A stretch of 62,141 nucleotides of DNA, filler included, from Hausera hauseri (GCA_046269625.1; 12 parts of 12 records of this genome joined end to end with filler, not necessarily neighbours in it), one strand, 5' to 3'; positions 23,984-38,506 are shown, counted from the whole stretch's first letter. The notes: generated from the letters alone by a model not told the origin. Numbers and translations are program-made.

Positions 23984-25481
23984 ATTAGGTCAGAGGGAAA
24001 TTTGGTTTTTCTTGTTTTTTACCTACCAATTTTGTTTTTTTGGGTTCAATTCCTTCTGTAATTTGAATTTCTCTCATCGTTTTTTAGGTCTATTTGGTTC
24101 GAAACTGGTACTGGGCTGACACGTCTGTGACTCTGGGTAATTGATAGACCGAATAGTTACTTGAAAGTGGTAGTTACTCTTTGGACGGACTCGCCCAATG
24201 TCTGAATAGTTACGAAAACCTCTGGCACTTTTGGCTCAGTTAGGCGTTTTGGTCGAACTTTGTCAAATTCTGGTTAGTTCTCGAGCGTCCATTCGAAGTC
24301 CCATCTTAGTGACACGCAAATATTTCGCAAGTGTTTGGTTCGCTGACTTGCGGTTAATAGCCTGGATGTATGAAAATATTCACCGTTCATTACCTATAGC
24401 ATCAACTTGAATCAGGGTTCTTCTGTAGCGAGTGGTAATAAGTGATTATTTTTGCGTAATGGTACTCGGTTTACTTGATTTGTGACTATAGGGTTCCGTC
24501 CCATCTCGCGGATTCCGACTATATACGTCTGCTCTACTCCGTACTTTGTTAATATATTTTGCGTCTCGTAACCTGTGACTATATAGTCGTATAAACAGTG
24601 GTTTACGTCTTCTTAGACATCCAAAAAATCTTTGCCTTTTTCTAGGTGCTCCTTCCTAATGTCGGTTAAATATGGGAAGGTGTTCTGTATCTTCACTCTA
24701 GGTGCGATCACCTTGTTTATTACCTCTGTTCTATTAAGACACTCCATCCATCCTCGTGTTCTCTGTAGTTTACTGATGTAATGCGTGTTCCTGTCATCTG
24801 GATCTAATTGATAAGACCCTTTACCATATTCAACGTCTTCATCCAAGGATCGCTGTCTGCATTAGCGGCGGTAGAATTTCCATTGTTTTCGTTCGGTATA
24901 TCATCTTTATCATCATCATAGTTGGAATTTCTGCTATATGGAAGTCGAGTGTATTCCATGAGACTGAAGATACATAGATTGTATGTACTATTTTTCCAAC
25001 GTTGACCCTTGTTCGTACTCCAAGGTTGGCCAACTATTCTATATTGGATTTCTCCTTCGGTTAAGTGGATATCTGCTGATGAAATCCTTCATAAGGAATC
25101 AGGCTTAAGCATATATACGCGTGCATCTGATGCTTTCTTCAGTGCAATAATCCGTACTAGCAATTTGGAATCTGGCTCACGCGATTTATTTCGATGTTTT
25201 ATTCCGAAGTTCTTTACCAATTTGGCAGTACATACTTTTGTAGGGTGGGATCAAAACAGTTACATGTTCTTCAAGGAACTCGTCGATATCCAATCAGTTT
25301 TCGGTTTGACGGATTTGTTTCCGCCTTCTCGGCAATACTCTGATTTCTAAGATAAAAAATAAAGGTTAAGCTTAATACAGATGTTTGTTTTGAAATAAAA
25401 CATTTTCTCTGCCTGACGATAGGATAACCAGATCTATAATTTAACGGGTGATCCTATCATAAATGTCGTCTGGGTACATCT

Positions 25482-26600
25482 CTACTCCTTACTTCGCTTA
25501 CGACACTTAGAACAATTTTTGGAAACTATAAAAACAGTTGCAATTAACATTATGAGAACGAACATTGACAAATTCATAATCGGTAAGATCGTAAAGTTGT
25601 TAATTCGGTCAACTTATAATAATAATTCGGTCAACTTATCAGTTGTAATTATATTTTCTGTACTAATATCTTTATACGATTCTGCGTGAATTTCACTTAA
25701 AGTTCGCAATGTAAGTCTTATCTCTTGTCTTGCGGAAATTTGTATAACAATCATGTTGAGGTTGTAATAATTTACAATTAACTTCCTAACTGACTTTCCT
25801 TAACATTACAACTTGATTAGTATGTTACGTTCGACAGTCGATCTTAACATCAGCTTAATTTTTCCTCGACAAAGAACACGATTTTGTAGTGGAGTCAAAT
25901 ACTTAATAGGTATATTTCCTAATTCTCTCGAAGTGACGATAATAGTAACAGTACTCAAAACAATAGTTGGTTTTCTTGTAGTTGCTATGAAAGGGATTTT
26001 CCATATTTGATCTTTCGGGTAATAGTTTAAGTGAATGCTCCATTTACCGAGCCAAATTTGGTAGAATGAAACGTAATTGAAATTCGTGACCAATCGGTAT
26101 TTTACAACATGGATTGGGTCTTCTGTATGAGTCGTAACAATAATTTGCCGAAGTTGACTTCTATCGTTTGTTAGAGCTGTCTTGGTTTTTATCGGGATAC
26201 ATCCATTTTTGATCTTTAGAAATCCAGATTATATTATCACACATTTGCTTTTGCGGATTTGCGGTCTGGACCATCTTGTCTATTTTGGTGTCATCAATTC
26301 GATTCCTTGTTAGTATAGTTAATTTGAATTGTGGGTCTACTTCGGCCTGAATTTTATCTGTCTTCGTAGGACATACAAAATATGTATATGTAGGAGTATC
26401 CGTAATCTACGTCGCAACACCCTTGTTGAACTCCTTGTGGAAAATCACAGAGCTGTGTTTCATTCTTGACCTTCTCTTTGAGCACTATCTGAAAGTATAT
26501 GAAATGTCTAGGCGGATTGTCTGCCTTAAATCAAACACACCCGGTATGTCGGTCAATATAGTAAGTTTTAACGGACCGTAGATTTTCTATCTGTGCTTTT
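25482..26600 (-). pseudogene. Degenerate env-like membrane-anchored ORF after a possible integrase GPY-like end
   Basis: Ends FTILPIMNLSMFVLIMLIATVFIVSKNCSKCRKRSKE* (TM plus basic tail); KIYGPLKL near 26580. Confidence 0.4.
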
Positions 26601-27235
26601 CCGCTTGATTTTCTTTTTCAGTCAATATTTATTGCATTCCANNNNNNNNNNNNNNNNNNNNNNNNNNNNNNNNNNNNNNNNNNNNTTAATTAATTAANNN
26701 NNNNNNNNNNNNNNNNNNNNNNNNNNNNNNNNNNNNNNNNNAAGTGAATTTTAGTATGGTACATGCAATATATGCTATTTTAGACATGCAATACATTGTT
26801 GCACAAGGCACAAGCAACAAATGCCTATTTGACCCAACATCATCATAAATTGACGTGGGAAGAATATAATACCCAGTTATGCATATATTGCATTATGCGA
26901 GATATTGGGAATATATATGATATACATGAATCCATGTTCTATGTCAAAGATCATGTTGATGAGCGGAAGAAAATATTTAATAGCGCATTTCCAGAATTAC
27001 GCATGTGCATATGAATGTAGCAAATTGCTAGCTATCCAAAGAACATTACATGTATTTATTGTGAACATGGTTTACATTGTGTTTATGAAAAGTGGTTAGC
27101 GTTATGTCAAAGTTATGTTGCGAAATAAATGTATTATGAAATTAGTTGGCCTTATCCCATATCCCACATTATATGACCAAAAAGACCACGATATTTTTTA
27201 TAAGTTTTATTAGTACAAAAATACAACACAGATAT

Positions 27236-30200
27236 TTACATTAATGCAACATGCCCGTAAGTTAGTGTGCTTATTCCATCACCCAGGATCAGCCTTTTGT
27301 CATCCATCCAATCTAGGCTTTTCTTCTGTAATATTACTGCCTCCATGGTATGAGCCCTAGAACTCTGCATAACTCTAACATAGTTATTGAAGCCAATCTA
27401 TTTGGCTAGGGTCGCCCTCTGAATCCCTTTAGCCCGTTTCTTTACCTGGCCACTTACATCGATGACGTACATTTTTTATCTCAACGTCACGAAACGGGTG
27501 ATGATTTTCCCATTCACCTCGTCTTTAAACGTCCCGAGGACCTTGTTGGAGGTTAAATAATTTGGATGATCCTTCGGATAGTCCGAGGTATCCACATGTT
27601 GAGCCAACTTAGCAAAGTCCTCATAAATGTCCTCCGGATGGATTTGATAGATGAAACTATCAATATCCATATACATCAGCTCCACCTCCCTGAATTTGGG
27701 GACCATGATGTTGTAATGAAAATCATACATCAGGGTCTTTGACAAGTCCGGCTTGTTAAACTCCATGGATGTCTTGAGCATATGTATGCTCACCAGGTTT
27801 TCTGTATATATTGTGCTGGAATGGAAGTTGGGCTTGGCAATGAGCTTCTTTGCCCGCTTCCAGTCATACAAACTCGATATTTATCCTGTTTCAGGTGTTC
27901 TCCATCGTTTTGCCAAAGACCAAGTTGTTATACAACTTTAATTGGTCCTTTTTAAAGTCATTTTTGGCATTGGCCCTCAGCTGCGTGTTGAAGTCTATGC
28001 AGGGTTGCAACCACATAGACTGGTTAATTGATAGGGCACGATGGATCCTTGTGACTTTGACCCCATTCCTCATAGCCTGCTGGAGATTTATGTAGTGGGC
28101 TACATACCTCTCCTCATCGTCCAAGTGGCAAAACAACTTCTTGTGTTTCCTATTTGGTGGTTGCTTACTCTCCAGGAGAAAAGGGCAGTTGTTCATGCCT
28201 TGAGTAGATGCTATGGGGATATTCTAAATCCACTTTTAATATGTAGTCCGTATCTCCATTGGGGTCCATATCTTGTATTGACAGCTCTTCAGGATGCTCC
28301 GCCAACTTAAAATTGTCATAGGGCAATGGGGCACTCATTATCCATCCATATAAGTTATTTGCAGACAGGTATATTATATATGATGATTATCTGGATGTAT
28401 CATATTCTGCCACTATACCTGTAAATGGTCTGACAGATTCCTCGCCGAATACCTCGCTCGATTATTAGGATCATATCACAGTCCTTCAAGATCTGGAGCC
28501 GTATACTTGTATTGTGTAGCATCGCTGCCCAGCTCATTCCCGGAGCCGTGAAAAAACGAGCTGTGTCCAATTTGTGGCTCTTACGTGTAACATCCCTGAA
28601 GCTTTCAAATACATCTGCCAGCAGCAGCACATCTGTGAGGAGATAGATGTCATTATATTCCCCTATGGTCCTACATTTGAATGCTTTCCAGACATTTTGA
28701 GCATGCACGTTGTCCGCATCGCTGATGTCAGTGTCTGAAAGCCTGCTGTAAAAATCCTTCTTAGCAGGCAATTCCGTATCGTCAAGAAATCTCCATGACG
28801 TTATGTAGTAATAGGGGAATACTCCTTTCCTTTAGACTAAGCCAAATGTTGCCCGGAATAACCGCTTAGTTTCCTTGAACTCATCAGCTGGACGATTTTT
28901 GACCAGACTGTCAAGGGATGAGCTCATGAAGCGGAAACTGTATATGAAACGAAGCCGGATTCTTCCCACATGATTTGTGAATGTGACATATTTCTTCTCA
29001 CTGTTTGGGATCACATAGATGTTTCCTTTAATAGCCTCCAATTTACGAACTATGAAATGGGAATCATAGCCGCTGAAGTTGTGGAATGCCACGGGGACAT
29101 GTGTATGTTTTGCACCGTAAGTTGCAATCATTGCACTCGGCGCCTCGATACATGTCTGCTGTATGGCAATAATCTCGGATTTTGTGATTGTCTAATGTGA
29201 AGGATTTTTCACACAAGTAACACTGTGTTGCATTTTGCCATTCACATTTCTCCTTTTGCGACATTTTTATAATATTCGTACTCTGCTGCTGCATTTTTTT
29301 CTATCTTATGTGCAATTTCCTCCAAGCGTTTCATGAAATGAAGTGCTGCATCTGAACCCCGGTATAGGAATGGCTGCTTGTCCATTCCTAAAGCATACAT
29401 GCAGTATGATTACAGCTCATGATATTGGTAAGCTGTCGTGATGCTTTTCTGCGGATTCAGAGTGCAGCTGTGAACTTGGTTGAGGGTGGCCTCAAAGTCA
29501 CAATATATGACAATCGGCACCTTCAACATCTTTGCAAACTCTTTGAATTCCAGGAAATCCTCCTTGGGGAATTATCCTCCGATGCAATAGTTTGTATTGC
29601 AATAGGTCTTATGGCCCTTGAGCTTCTCTGCGACCATATCACCACTGAAATAGGATAGACATCGTTTGCAGATTTCCAGCCTTGACTTATGCTTAGATAT
29701 TTGGGATTCTACAAGGCGCTCAAAGTTCTTGATCCCAATGAAATGCCTCGTTTCTCCATCATCTAGCAGGATCAGATCTATATGATCCTCCAATTTTTCC
29801 TTTCACACATGTAAGGGATAAAATTTGTCCTCCTTTAATCCGAAGATGTTGATGGAGATGTTGTTCACGCTTTCAAATTTCACGACTTCATCTAGGCTCG
29901 GCGGGAATGAAATAGAGCAGAAGTGATATGTGTGCAGCACTTTGTCATATATCCCAACTCTGGAAGCATTATGTTAATCCTGGACCAGTTTTGACAAAAT
30001 AACATACACGAAACACATGCTGCCCTCATTATGGACATTGATGCATGCCTTTTTCTTAACTATCTATTCAGGAAGCGGTATGCAGGAGCTGCCTAGCAAG
30101 GGAGAATACTTGTGCACATGAACAGGTAACCCCTTTATTGCTGCTAGAGTCCAACCGCTCTTCTTATCCTGGATTTCTTTGGCTTCGCGGATGAACCCTG

Positions 30201-30846
30201 CATAGTCCTTAATAATAAAATCCTTAATGTTACAGGATTTCAATAGTAGCCTTTTCTCTGTCTTGAAGGCTCTACTAAATAGTTCTCGTTCAACATTGGT
30301 GAAGGTGGATTCCAATTTGAAGCTTAGCTTAAGGGCCTTCAGCTCCGACAAGTTGTTCTGGAGAATTCCAACTGCCTCCTCTTTTAAATATTCCAGGAAT
30401 TCGTGGAGAGATGTCTGCCCCACAGCGGCTATGGAATATCGCCACACTTTGCTCTTCAGTGCAATGGCATCAACTACTCGCTGCCGTTGACGTTTTCGTG
30501 ATACACTATTCGCTGCCACTGTGCCTCGTTTATGCTGCGCTAAGGATCTATTATGCAACACCGGGGATCCAGGGCTCTGTGCCGAGGTTGACGCTGCGGG
30601 GACTAGCAGCGATGCAGCTGTACAAGGCATAACCGGAACAATACCTCCCATGTGTGCAGATGTTGAAGGCGTAAGGGGAACAATGCCAGTCTTGAATATG
30701 GCCTTGTTGGACTTGGCCGTGAAATCGCACAAGTGGGTTTTATAAAATTCATAAAACTTACAGTATTCTTCGGTACTGACAGTTTCACATTCGAGGCATA
30801 TAAAATATTCTTCGCTGTTCCAAATCTGACCATAATATTTTGTCAT
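27236..30846 (-). pseudogene. Near full-length degenerate pPolB (Polinton/adintovirus-like)
   Basis: FHNFSGYDSHF, LLADVFESFR, ANNLYGW, KLYNNLVFGKTMEN, YMDIDSFIY, C-terminal DDKRLILGDGISTLTYGH. Confidence 0.92.
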
Positions 30847-31459
30847 ATTTTCATGGAATATCTGGGCATCATGTGAACCATTTGATACAGAATATGTGTA
30901 TATTTCACATTTTTCAATGTTNNNNNNNNNNNNNNNNNNNNNNNNNNNNNNNNNNNNNNNNNNNNTTAATTAATTAANNNNNNNNNNNNNNNNNNNNNNN
31001 NNNNNNNNNNNNNNNNNNNNNTCATACTTTTCCAAACATTATAAAAGCTGGCTGGGTTCATGAATTCTAGATCGTATCGAAACAATACTGATTAAGTGAA
31101 AAAATAAAATGGTATCTTACGAAACAAATCTAACACTCCCGTCCAACTTTAACAAATGCGATGCCACTGGGCACCATTTTACTCTTATCACGATTTGATA
31201 ATTATTTTGTATTGATTTTTTTTCGACAATTATTCAAATGCATCTTTTTTTTAATTCGTGCTTTAATTTCTAATTTGCATGTCAAATAGGCAGAGCCGAT
31301 GTCGGCTGTTAGATAAAAACCAGAAGTTTTTAAGTGACGGGTGTAGAGCCAGAGTTATCTCCAGTTGAACATAATCGAAGCCTGTAGTGGTTATCTTGCA
31401 GGAATATTATATGCTCGAGTCAGTAAAATAAAAAGAAACATATGACTAAAGTGCTCCAT

Positions 31460-33276
31460 ATCTTACAAAAAATTAATCTTAACCTGCAATTTTCTCATCT
31501 TGTATTCGATTTGTTTTGTTATAGAGCAAAAATGCTAAAAATCATCCCTTCCTTATTCAAAAAACATAAAAATACTAAAAAAACTAATTTTAATCCTGAT
31601 TCAAATTTTATAATTAATTTTACTCATCCAGTCTTTAATCACATTAAAATTAATCAAATTATTAATAACAACAATATCCATTTTCCTCTTAAATCTGTAA
31701 AAATTTCTAAAACCTTTAAATACCCATCTACTCTTGGACGTACACTATTTAACTATAATTCTGTGGCTAGGGATAGTAGTTCTAAAGATTTTCCATGTTT
31801 ATGTAATGATTCACAATATTCAAAATTTGTTAATAACACTTTTGGTCATATAGTTACTGGTGATCTTTCGATTATAAAAAATAAACAGCTGAAAACATAT
31901 ATGGGTTATGGAACTAAATACCGTCTACCATCCAAGCATACTCATACCTCTATTTTATTACAGTTCTTGCTAGATTTAGAACAATTTATATATAATCTTT
32001 CAATTTATTATAGTAAACTCCCTGAATATTTCTCTGTCTGGAAATATAAGTTACTCGAATCCTTTAAATATAAACACTCGTTATTTGACTTAAAATCCAA
32101 ATTCCTTAATTTCAATAAATTTTATAATGAAATAAAAACTTAAAAAACAATTTTGTTATATCTTATGTTGACAAAGCTCCCAATAATTATGCGATTATAT
32201 GTAAATATTTTTATAAATCTCATCTGAATCATTTTCTAAATTCTAATCCTTCCTTTAAAAAAATTAATACTAAACTTGAAATTAATAATAAAAAAATTCT
32301 TGCTTTTCACAAATTGATGAAAATAAATTACCCTAATTTAAATTATCCGTATCTTACTATTATTCCAAAATTTCATAAAAACCCTATATGCTTTCGAACT
32401 GTTACTGTAGGATGTAACTCTTATAATAATAATGCAAGCAAAAAACTTTTAAATATTTTCCAGCCTCTACATAAATTTATAACTTCTACATACTCAACTC
32501 CTATTATAAAAAATAGCTTTCAATTATTAAAGAAAATTAAAGCACTTAACAATGTAAATAATATTTTTACATATGATTTCAAAGACTTATTTAATAATAT
32601 TAATATTAAAGATTTATATTTTGTTATTACTACTCTATTTAAAAATAATTACAAGAAAATTAATTCTCTCAGTGATTTATCTTTAGATTCATTTAAAACT
32701 CTTTTAAAATTTAATTTATACAATAACTATCTTTTCCAAAATAAATTTATTTATAATCAGATTAAAGGTATTCCACAAGGTGGTTCATCTTCCAGTATTC
32801 TAGCAGATTTATATCTTGTATATTATGAACTTAACACATTTAATAACAACCAGTTAATCTTTAGATATCTGGATGACATTATTTCTTTTAACTTAAATAA
32901 TTCATCATTTGACTTACCATTTTCATATCCATCTGATCTTGTTATTACTAAAAATTTAATGATAGATAATTCAATTTCTTTCCTTGATATCAAGATTTCC
33001 ATCACAAAAAACAATAACTTAATAATCAATATTTATGATAAAAAATCTTCCTTTCCCTTTAAAGTTAATTTTCTTACTAACTTCTCTTCATGCATGCATA
33101 AATCTGTATATCGAAATATCATTTTAAATTTATATTTTCGTATATTAAGAATTAGTTCAAAAAGATATCTTAAGCCAAATGTATACAATTTATATAATCT
33201 TGCTATATGTAACGAATATCCATCAGCCTTTATTGAAAATATTCTTTGCAATCTTAAACAATTTAAAAAATTTTAA
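31460..33276 (+). mobile_element. Penelope-like retroelement RT, Naiad-type (CxC linker then C-terminal RT); 5'-truncated, one frameshift near 32143
   Basis: PCLC..FGHIVTGDL, VDKAPNN, IPKFHKNP..FRTV, YDFKDLF, GIPQG, FRYLDDI; no C-terminal GIY-YIG. Confidence 0.85.
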
Positions 33277-34649
33277 ATTTTGAATGATTAATTCATTTAA
33301 TATTGATAAATTTAATTTTTCATTAATGATTATTATTATAACTCAATATCCTTATAAATCTGTTAATCTTTAATCTAATAGTATTAAATCATTTAAGTTT
33401 TAATTGATGAATAATAAATTTTTATTAAAATTATAATTATTCTATATGATCTTGAATTTCTTATAGTAAATTGTATTTGTTTTTTATAATTAAAAATTGC
33501 CTTTTAAAAAATAATAAATCTATGGAATGATCTCCTCTACAATTAATTATAATTGTTTTGCTTTACTAATAGTAAATACTAAATATGTATTTTTAACTCT
33601 GAATATGTGTAAACTATATTCATTTTTAAAAAATCTCATTTTTATTTAATAGATTAAGTTAAAATTAATTTCTTAAAATATAAGTAAAGTTAGATCAATA
33701 ATAATAACAGTTAACTTAATAGTTCTTTTATTTAACACCAGGTGGCAATACCTCTTTACTTTGATTTTTCTTCTATAAGTAACTTCAGTGTGTCATTTTT
33801 TTGTAAACCTATGCTATATTTGTTAAATAAATAGTAATTAGCTCTTTTATAAGATTCAAGTTTATTTCATATATTAAGTTAAACTATAATATTTATTTAA
33901 TAGTTGTTGCAAGGTTTATTTATAGGTAACAAAATATTCATACTCTTTTTAATATCTAAGTATTTTCTTTGTGTGTTCTTTGTGTGATTTTTGGCTTTTA
34001 CATATCCAGATTATTTGTTCTGTGCGTTTTGCCAAACAAATGTAATTTGGATATTTATACATGTTTTCTCTCCCTCCTCTAGATATTATAAATACTAAAT
34101 ATTAGCTGCTTATTTTCTTATAATTTTGCTTATTATTATATGGGTTAGTAATATATACTGATAAACAACAATATGTTGTTTCTTAATAAATTTGTCCATG
34201 CCACAATTCTCTTTACTATTATTGTTATTACATGTGAAATAAAATTTAATTTAATGTTAAAAAAATTATTGAGTAAATAAATTTTTTTTTATTAATGAGT
34301 AAAAAATCAAATCTATTTATGAAAATAAAATTTATTTTTACTATGAATAAATAAAAAATCCTAGTATTAAATTGAAGTAAAATAAATTCATTTAATTGTA
34401 TTAAATAATTATAAAATTTAATAAATTTCTTCCTCATGTATTGTTATCATATTGATATGAATTCCTTGAAGTTTTAATTTACATGGTGTATAACTACTTA
34501 TAGTTCTGTAAAGAACAACAACTTTTCTATTGTTGATAATGTTAGACATATTATTTCTGTTTTAATAAAAAAATTTTCAGTTCAAAAACTTCATAAAAAT
34601 ATTTTCGTGATGTTAGCTGTTTGATCCTTTACATCTTTAATGATATTGG

Positions 34650-35149
34650 TTTCAGGTTTCTAATTTAATGATGTTATATATTGAGTATATATGTATCAAA
34701 ATTAAGATATTTTATTTGATACAGGCAGAAATATATAACATAATTGGCGATTTAGAACATTATATACTCCTGATGAAGCAGTGTTCTATTTCACTATGCC
34801 TATTAATTTCTTCTTCATTTATGGTTTCACTTTAATATTGTTTTTCATATTAAAGTGTTCAATTTTTAGTTTTTCTTGATATGAGGTAATTATACTCCTA
34901 TGGTTTCTATGTATATGATGTGTTATTGGTTAGTATTTTATGATTTTCAGGTTTCTAATTCAATGATGTTATATATTGAGTATATATGTATCAAAATTAA
35001 GATATTTTATTTGATACATGCAGAAATATATAACATAATTGGCGATTTAGAACATTATATACTCCTGATGATGCAGTGTTCTATTTCACTATGCCTATTA
35101 ATTTCTTCTTCATTTATGGTTTCACTTTAATATTGTTTTTCATATTAAA
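34650..35149. repeat. ~205-bp near-identical direct repeat (34650-34854, 34945-35149), period ~295 bp
   Basis: Direct comparison of the two stretches. Confidence 0.9.
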
Positions 35150-37169
35150 NNNNNNNNNNNNNNNNNNNNNNNNNNNNNNNNNNNNNNNNNNNNTTAATTA
35201 ATTAANNNNNNNNNNNNNNNNNNNNNNNNNNNNNNNNNNNNNNNNNNNNGGTTTTATTTCACTTTTCTCTGTTTTGAAGATGTTTAAAAAACGCTTTGTA
35301 ACACTACTAACACATCACTGGTTCATATCTGTGTTAGAAGAAAGCTCTGTTGTTAAACCCAAATGTTTAAAATTCATAAAAACAAGCAATGGACAGCTGT
35401 TAGTCCCTGAGGGTTTTACTCATCTGCTCTTCCTCTGATGGTTTAACTCCTTGCTCCCTGCAGTAAAGCTTAGATTTTTAAGCACGTATCCATTTCCTTA
35501 CTTTTCCCTCCTCGCTGAGATGTGGGACCATTCATCATGTCTGTTTTCAGTTAATTGACAGCCCACCTCACACACTCCAGCCAAATCCGTATTCACACAC
35601 TTGGTATCCTATTACTTTTTCCACTCCTATCTTTCATGCCAAATCGTTTGAACTTTATATAGTTGGAGATGAAATCACCTACCCCCTGCCTGTAAATTGA
35701 ATTAGTGTTTTCCATTCATATAAAAATGCCGGGTAATTAATTTACCATTTCCGTGAAGTTGTTTAGGCAATGTTTTGCTAATGACGAAATTAGACAACTA
35801 ATTCTGTTTTGGTGATAACCATTTTGAACTATATGACTGTTTGTTATAGTACATATTAATTTTCTTGTTTATTTGTATTATTTAATTTTAAAATATCAAT
35901 AATCAATAATTAAACAATATTTAATATCTATAATGGCACGTAAACTTGAAATATAATCAGAAATCGCTATTTCGAAATTGTATGTTATTTATCATATTAA
36001 AAATTTTAAGTTGAATGGAAACAACATTTCGTGTTTCTTCAAATTCATCTATGATAAGTTGCATACTGATAAATTTGTAAGTAGTCAATAAACGCAGAAT
36101 ACTTTAGCGATGTCAAAAATAATACGCATCCTTATGAATAATGTCAACGAAATGGTTGTTAATAGTAAAAAGTGACATGAATGAACGAGCTGAAATTGGC
36201 TATTCATTAACTATAACAGATGGCAAGTGATGTCGACGGAATATTAGAGGTAAGATGCAGTAATTCTCCTTTCCGACGTAATGCAGTTTAGTGAGACACC
36301 CACGCAGCGCTGTCAATTAGATATTCGTCACAATGCCAACTGTTGTTTGCATTTCCCCACTACGACAAACACCACATAAATTTGAGTTTCATTAATTGAC
36401 ATATTTATTTACCCATAAACTATTTTGGATTGTTGTTAATGTAATTTTGATGTTGCTAGAGATTCGGTAGAGAAATAATAGTAATAATATAATATTGTTT
36501 TTTCGATTTTCTTCCTTTTGTAGCCTTCTATTTTCGTGGAATTTTAGGAGATTATTAGACATGTGCAATTCAGTATGTAGAAATGAGTATTTGAATAATA
36601 ATAAAATCCATTATTGATTTCATTGTGTATTTTAGTAATGATATGGCGTGATATAAGCTGACAAACTCTACTGCATAGTGTTGTATTGTATTGTATTGCA
36701 GCATTGCGGATTACTCATAATCATTTGGTGAGTCATTATTATAAATTGTGTAAAACCAACTGTGAGTAATGTGCAATTTGTTGACCACAGCAATTTCTAT
36801 TCAATTCCATTTTTTCACCAGAATTATGAACGGACTGTGTCCGATAAATCGTTCAATGAATGGCGTTTTATGCAACTCATGTGTAGATTATTCACTTCTG
36901 CCATTTCTCTGACAAACAAAATGGGCACTTTGAATCTTTCATTTATTGTAAATATCAGATTGACAAAAACAAATTTTCGTGATATAGATATTCTATTTAG
37001 GAGAAAATTTCGGATAAAAATAAACACTCAAATCTAAAATACAGCGTAAAATGAGAAAAATAGCATAGACAACATGGCTAAAAAATTGATTTATTGAATT
37101 ATTTACATATACAAAACATGTATGTTGGAATATTAAAACAAAAGTATATTTAGAACCTGAAATCACACT

Positions 37170-37975
37170 TATAAAACGATAGTTTGATGATGGAACACGA
37201 TGGAACAAGTTTTACTGAATAGAGTCCCGAACTTTTTTATCCATTCATTAATAGACACGGGGTTTTTACTGGCCAATTTATATGTTAGTTCATCGGTCTC
37301 CAATTCACAAAATGCGGATTCTGGAAATCTTTTTTGAAGGTTATGAATTGTCGTTGAAATACGGACACCAGTGATATTTTGGAAATCTATAAACTTCGCA
37401 CTGGATTTCGGGTCTTTCAAATCTGATGATTTGATTCAAATTAATTTGATGATTTGCTTGTGAAAATTTTACTTTTGGCAGCAATTATTTCATTTTTTGA
37501 CATTGTTTGAACAGAGTGAAGATAGTACAACAGCATTTGTTGAACCCTTTGTTATATTACTTATTCAAATCTGTATACCATAGCTTGTGATGAATAACAT
37601 CTAAATCAAATCGTCTTTTTTTGCCGATTCGGAAATAAAGTATGCTGACTTAATTTCCGCAATTCACCCGAGAAAGTTGTTTCGGGTGTTTGAACAGATG
37701 GATCGTCTTGTTTTGATATTTTGTCAAGATCTAGTCCTTCATTAGTAATATCACTACGTTTATTTGATTGCAAAGTCTGACTGGAAAATGCTGAAACTGG
37801 TGTTACAGTTTCTGATGTAGAAGTATGAGTTTGACTGTTGGTGTAATCGTCTTCTAATGTTGGTGAAAGATCTGAAAGCTCCTTTTTGGATTAATATTGC
37901 ATTCTTGGGGAAGATAATGAATACACTTGTCATGACACGTTACTTTACAATCAAAACATTTAAGAATTGAAGATC
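37170..37975 (-). pseudogene. Intronless host-gene fragments: C1 domain (~37890-37970), Ser/Thr-rich segment, PH-domain C-half (~37210-37420)
   Basis: LKCFDCKVTCHDKCIHYLPQEC; FIDFQNITGV..FCELETDELTYKLASKNPVSINEWIKKF. Confidence 0.65.
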
Positions 37976-38116
37976 CGTTTGGAGGTGATCGATTTTGACA
38001 GGACCCGGCGAAAGAGACCGGCAAGGCCCGAGGCATGGGACGCCACCGAAGCGACGACAGGCGCCCGACGTCGCCCGGCCATCCGGCCGCAGGGCGTACA
38101 AAAGGTGGGCACCACA
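37976..38116 (-). repeat. GC-rich LTR 5' cap related to 57090-57147
   Basis: TGTGGTGCC...GCGGCCG...CGGTCTCTTTCGCCGGGTC..AAAAT. Confidence 0.65.
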
Positions 38117-38506
38117 GTAACAATACGTTAATGGTGGATCAATATTGAAATTTGTCCATTTCAGGAGACACCTGACTGAATGAACAGCAATGACACTAAA
38201 AATGATTTGAAAGAGCGCCAGTTATAAAAAGTGATTAATGATACATTAAAACAAAAATTCTTAAAGTGAGCCATAAAAATTTTGCTAAGGTCACAAATTA
38301 TTAAACTTCTCTAACGAAATATCTAAACCTTTGCAAGAATTCTATCTATAACTAGTAAAACTTGATTAATAAATAAAGTATTGAAAAACAGGAAAACCAT
38401 AAACTACTATACGCTGATAAATTTTAATAATAAACGGTAGCATAATATTAAAATTAAGAAATCAATAAAATAGAACAAATTAAAATGAATTGAAAATGTC
38501 AAATAT

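Noticed and set aside
35250-35750. Possible LINE endonuclease remnant
   Set aside because: Only a faint resemblance (DLAGVCEV) with many stops
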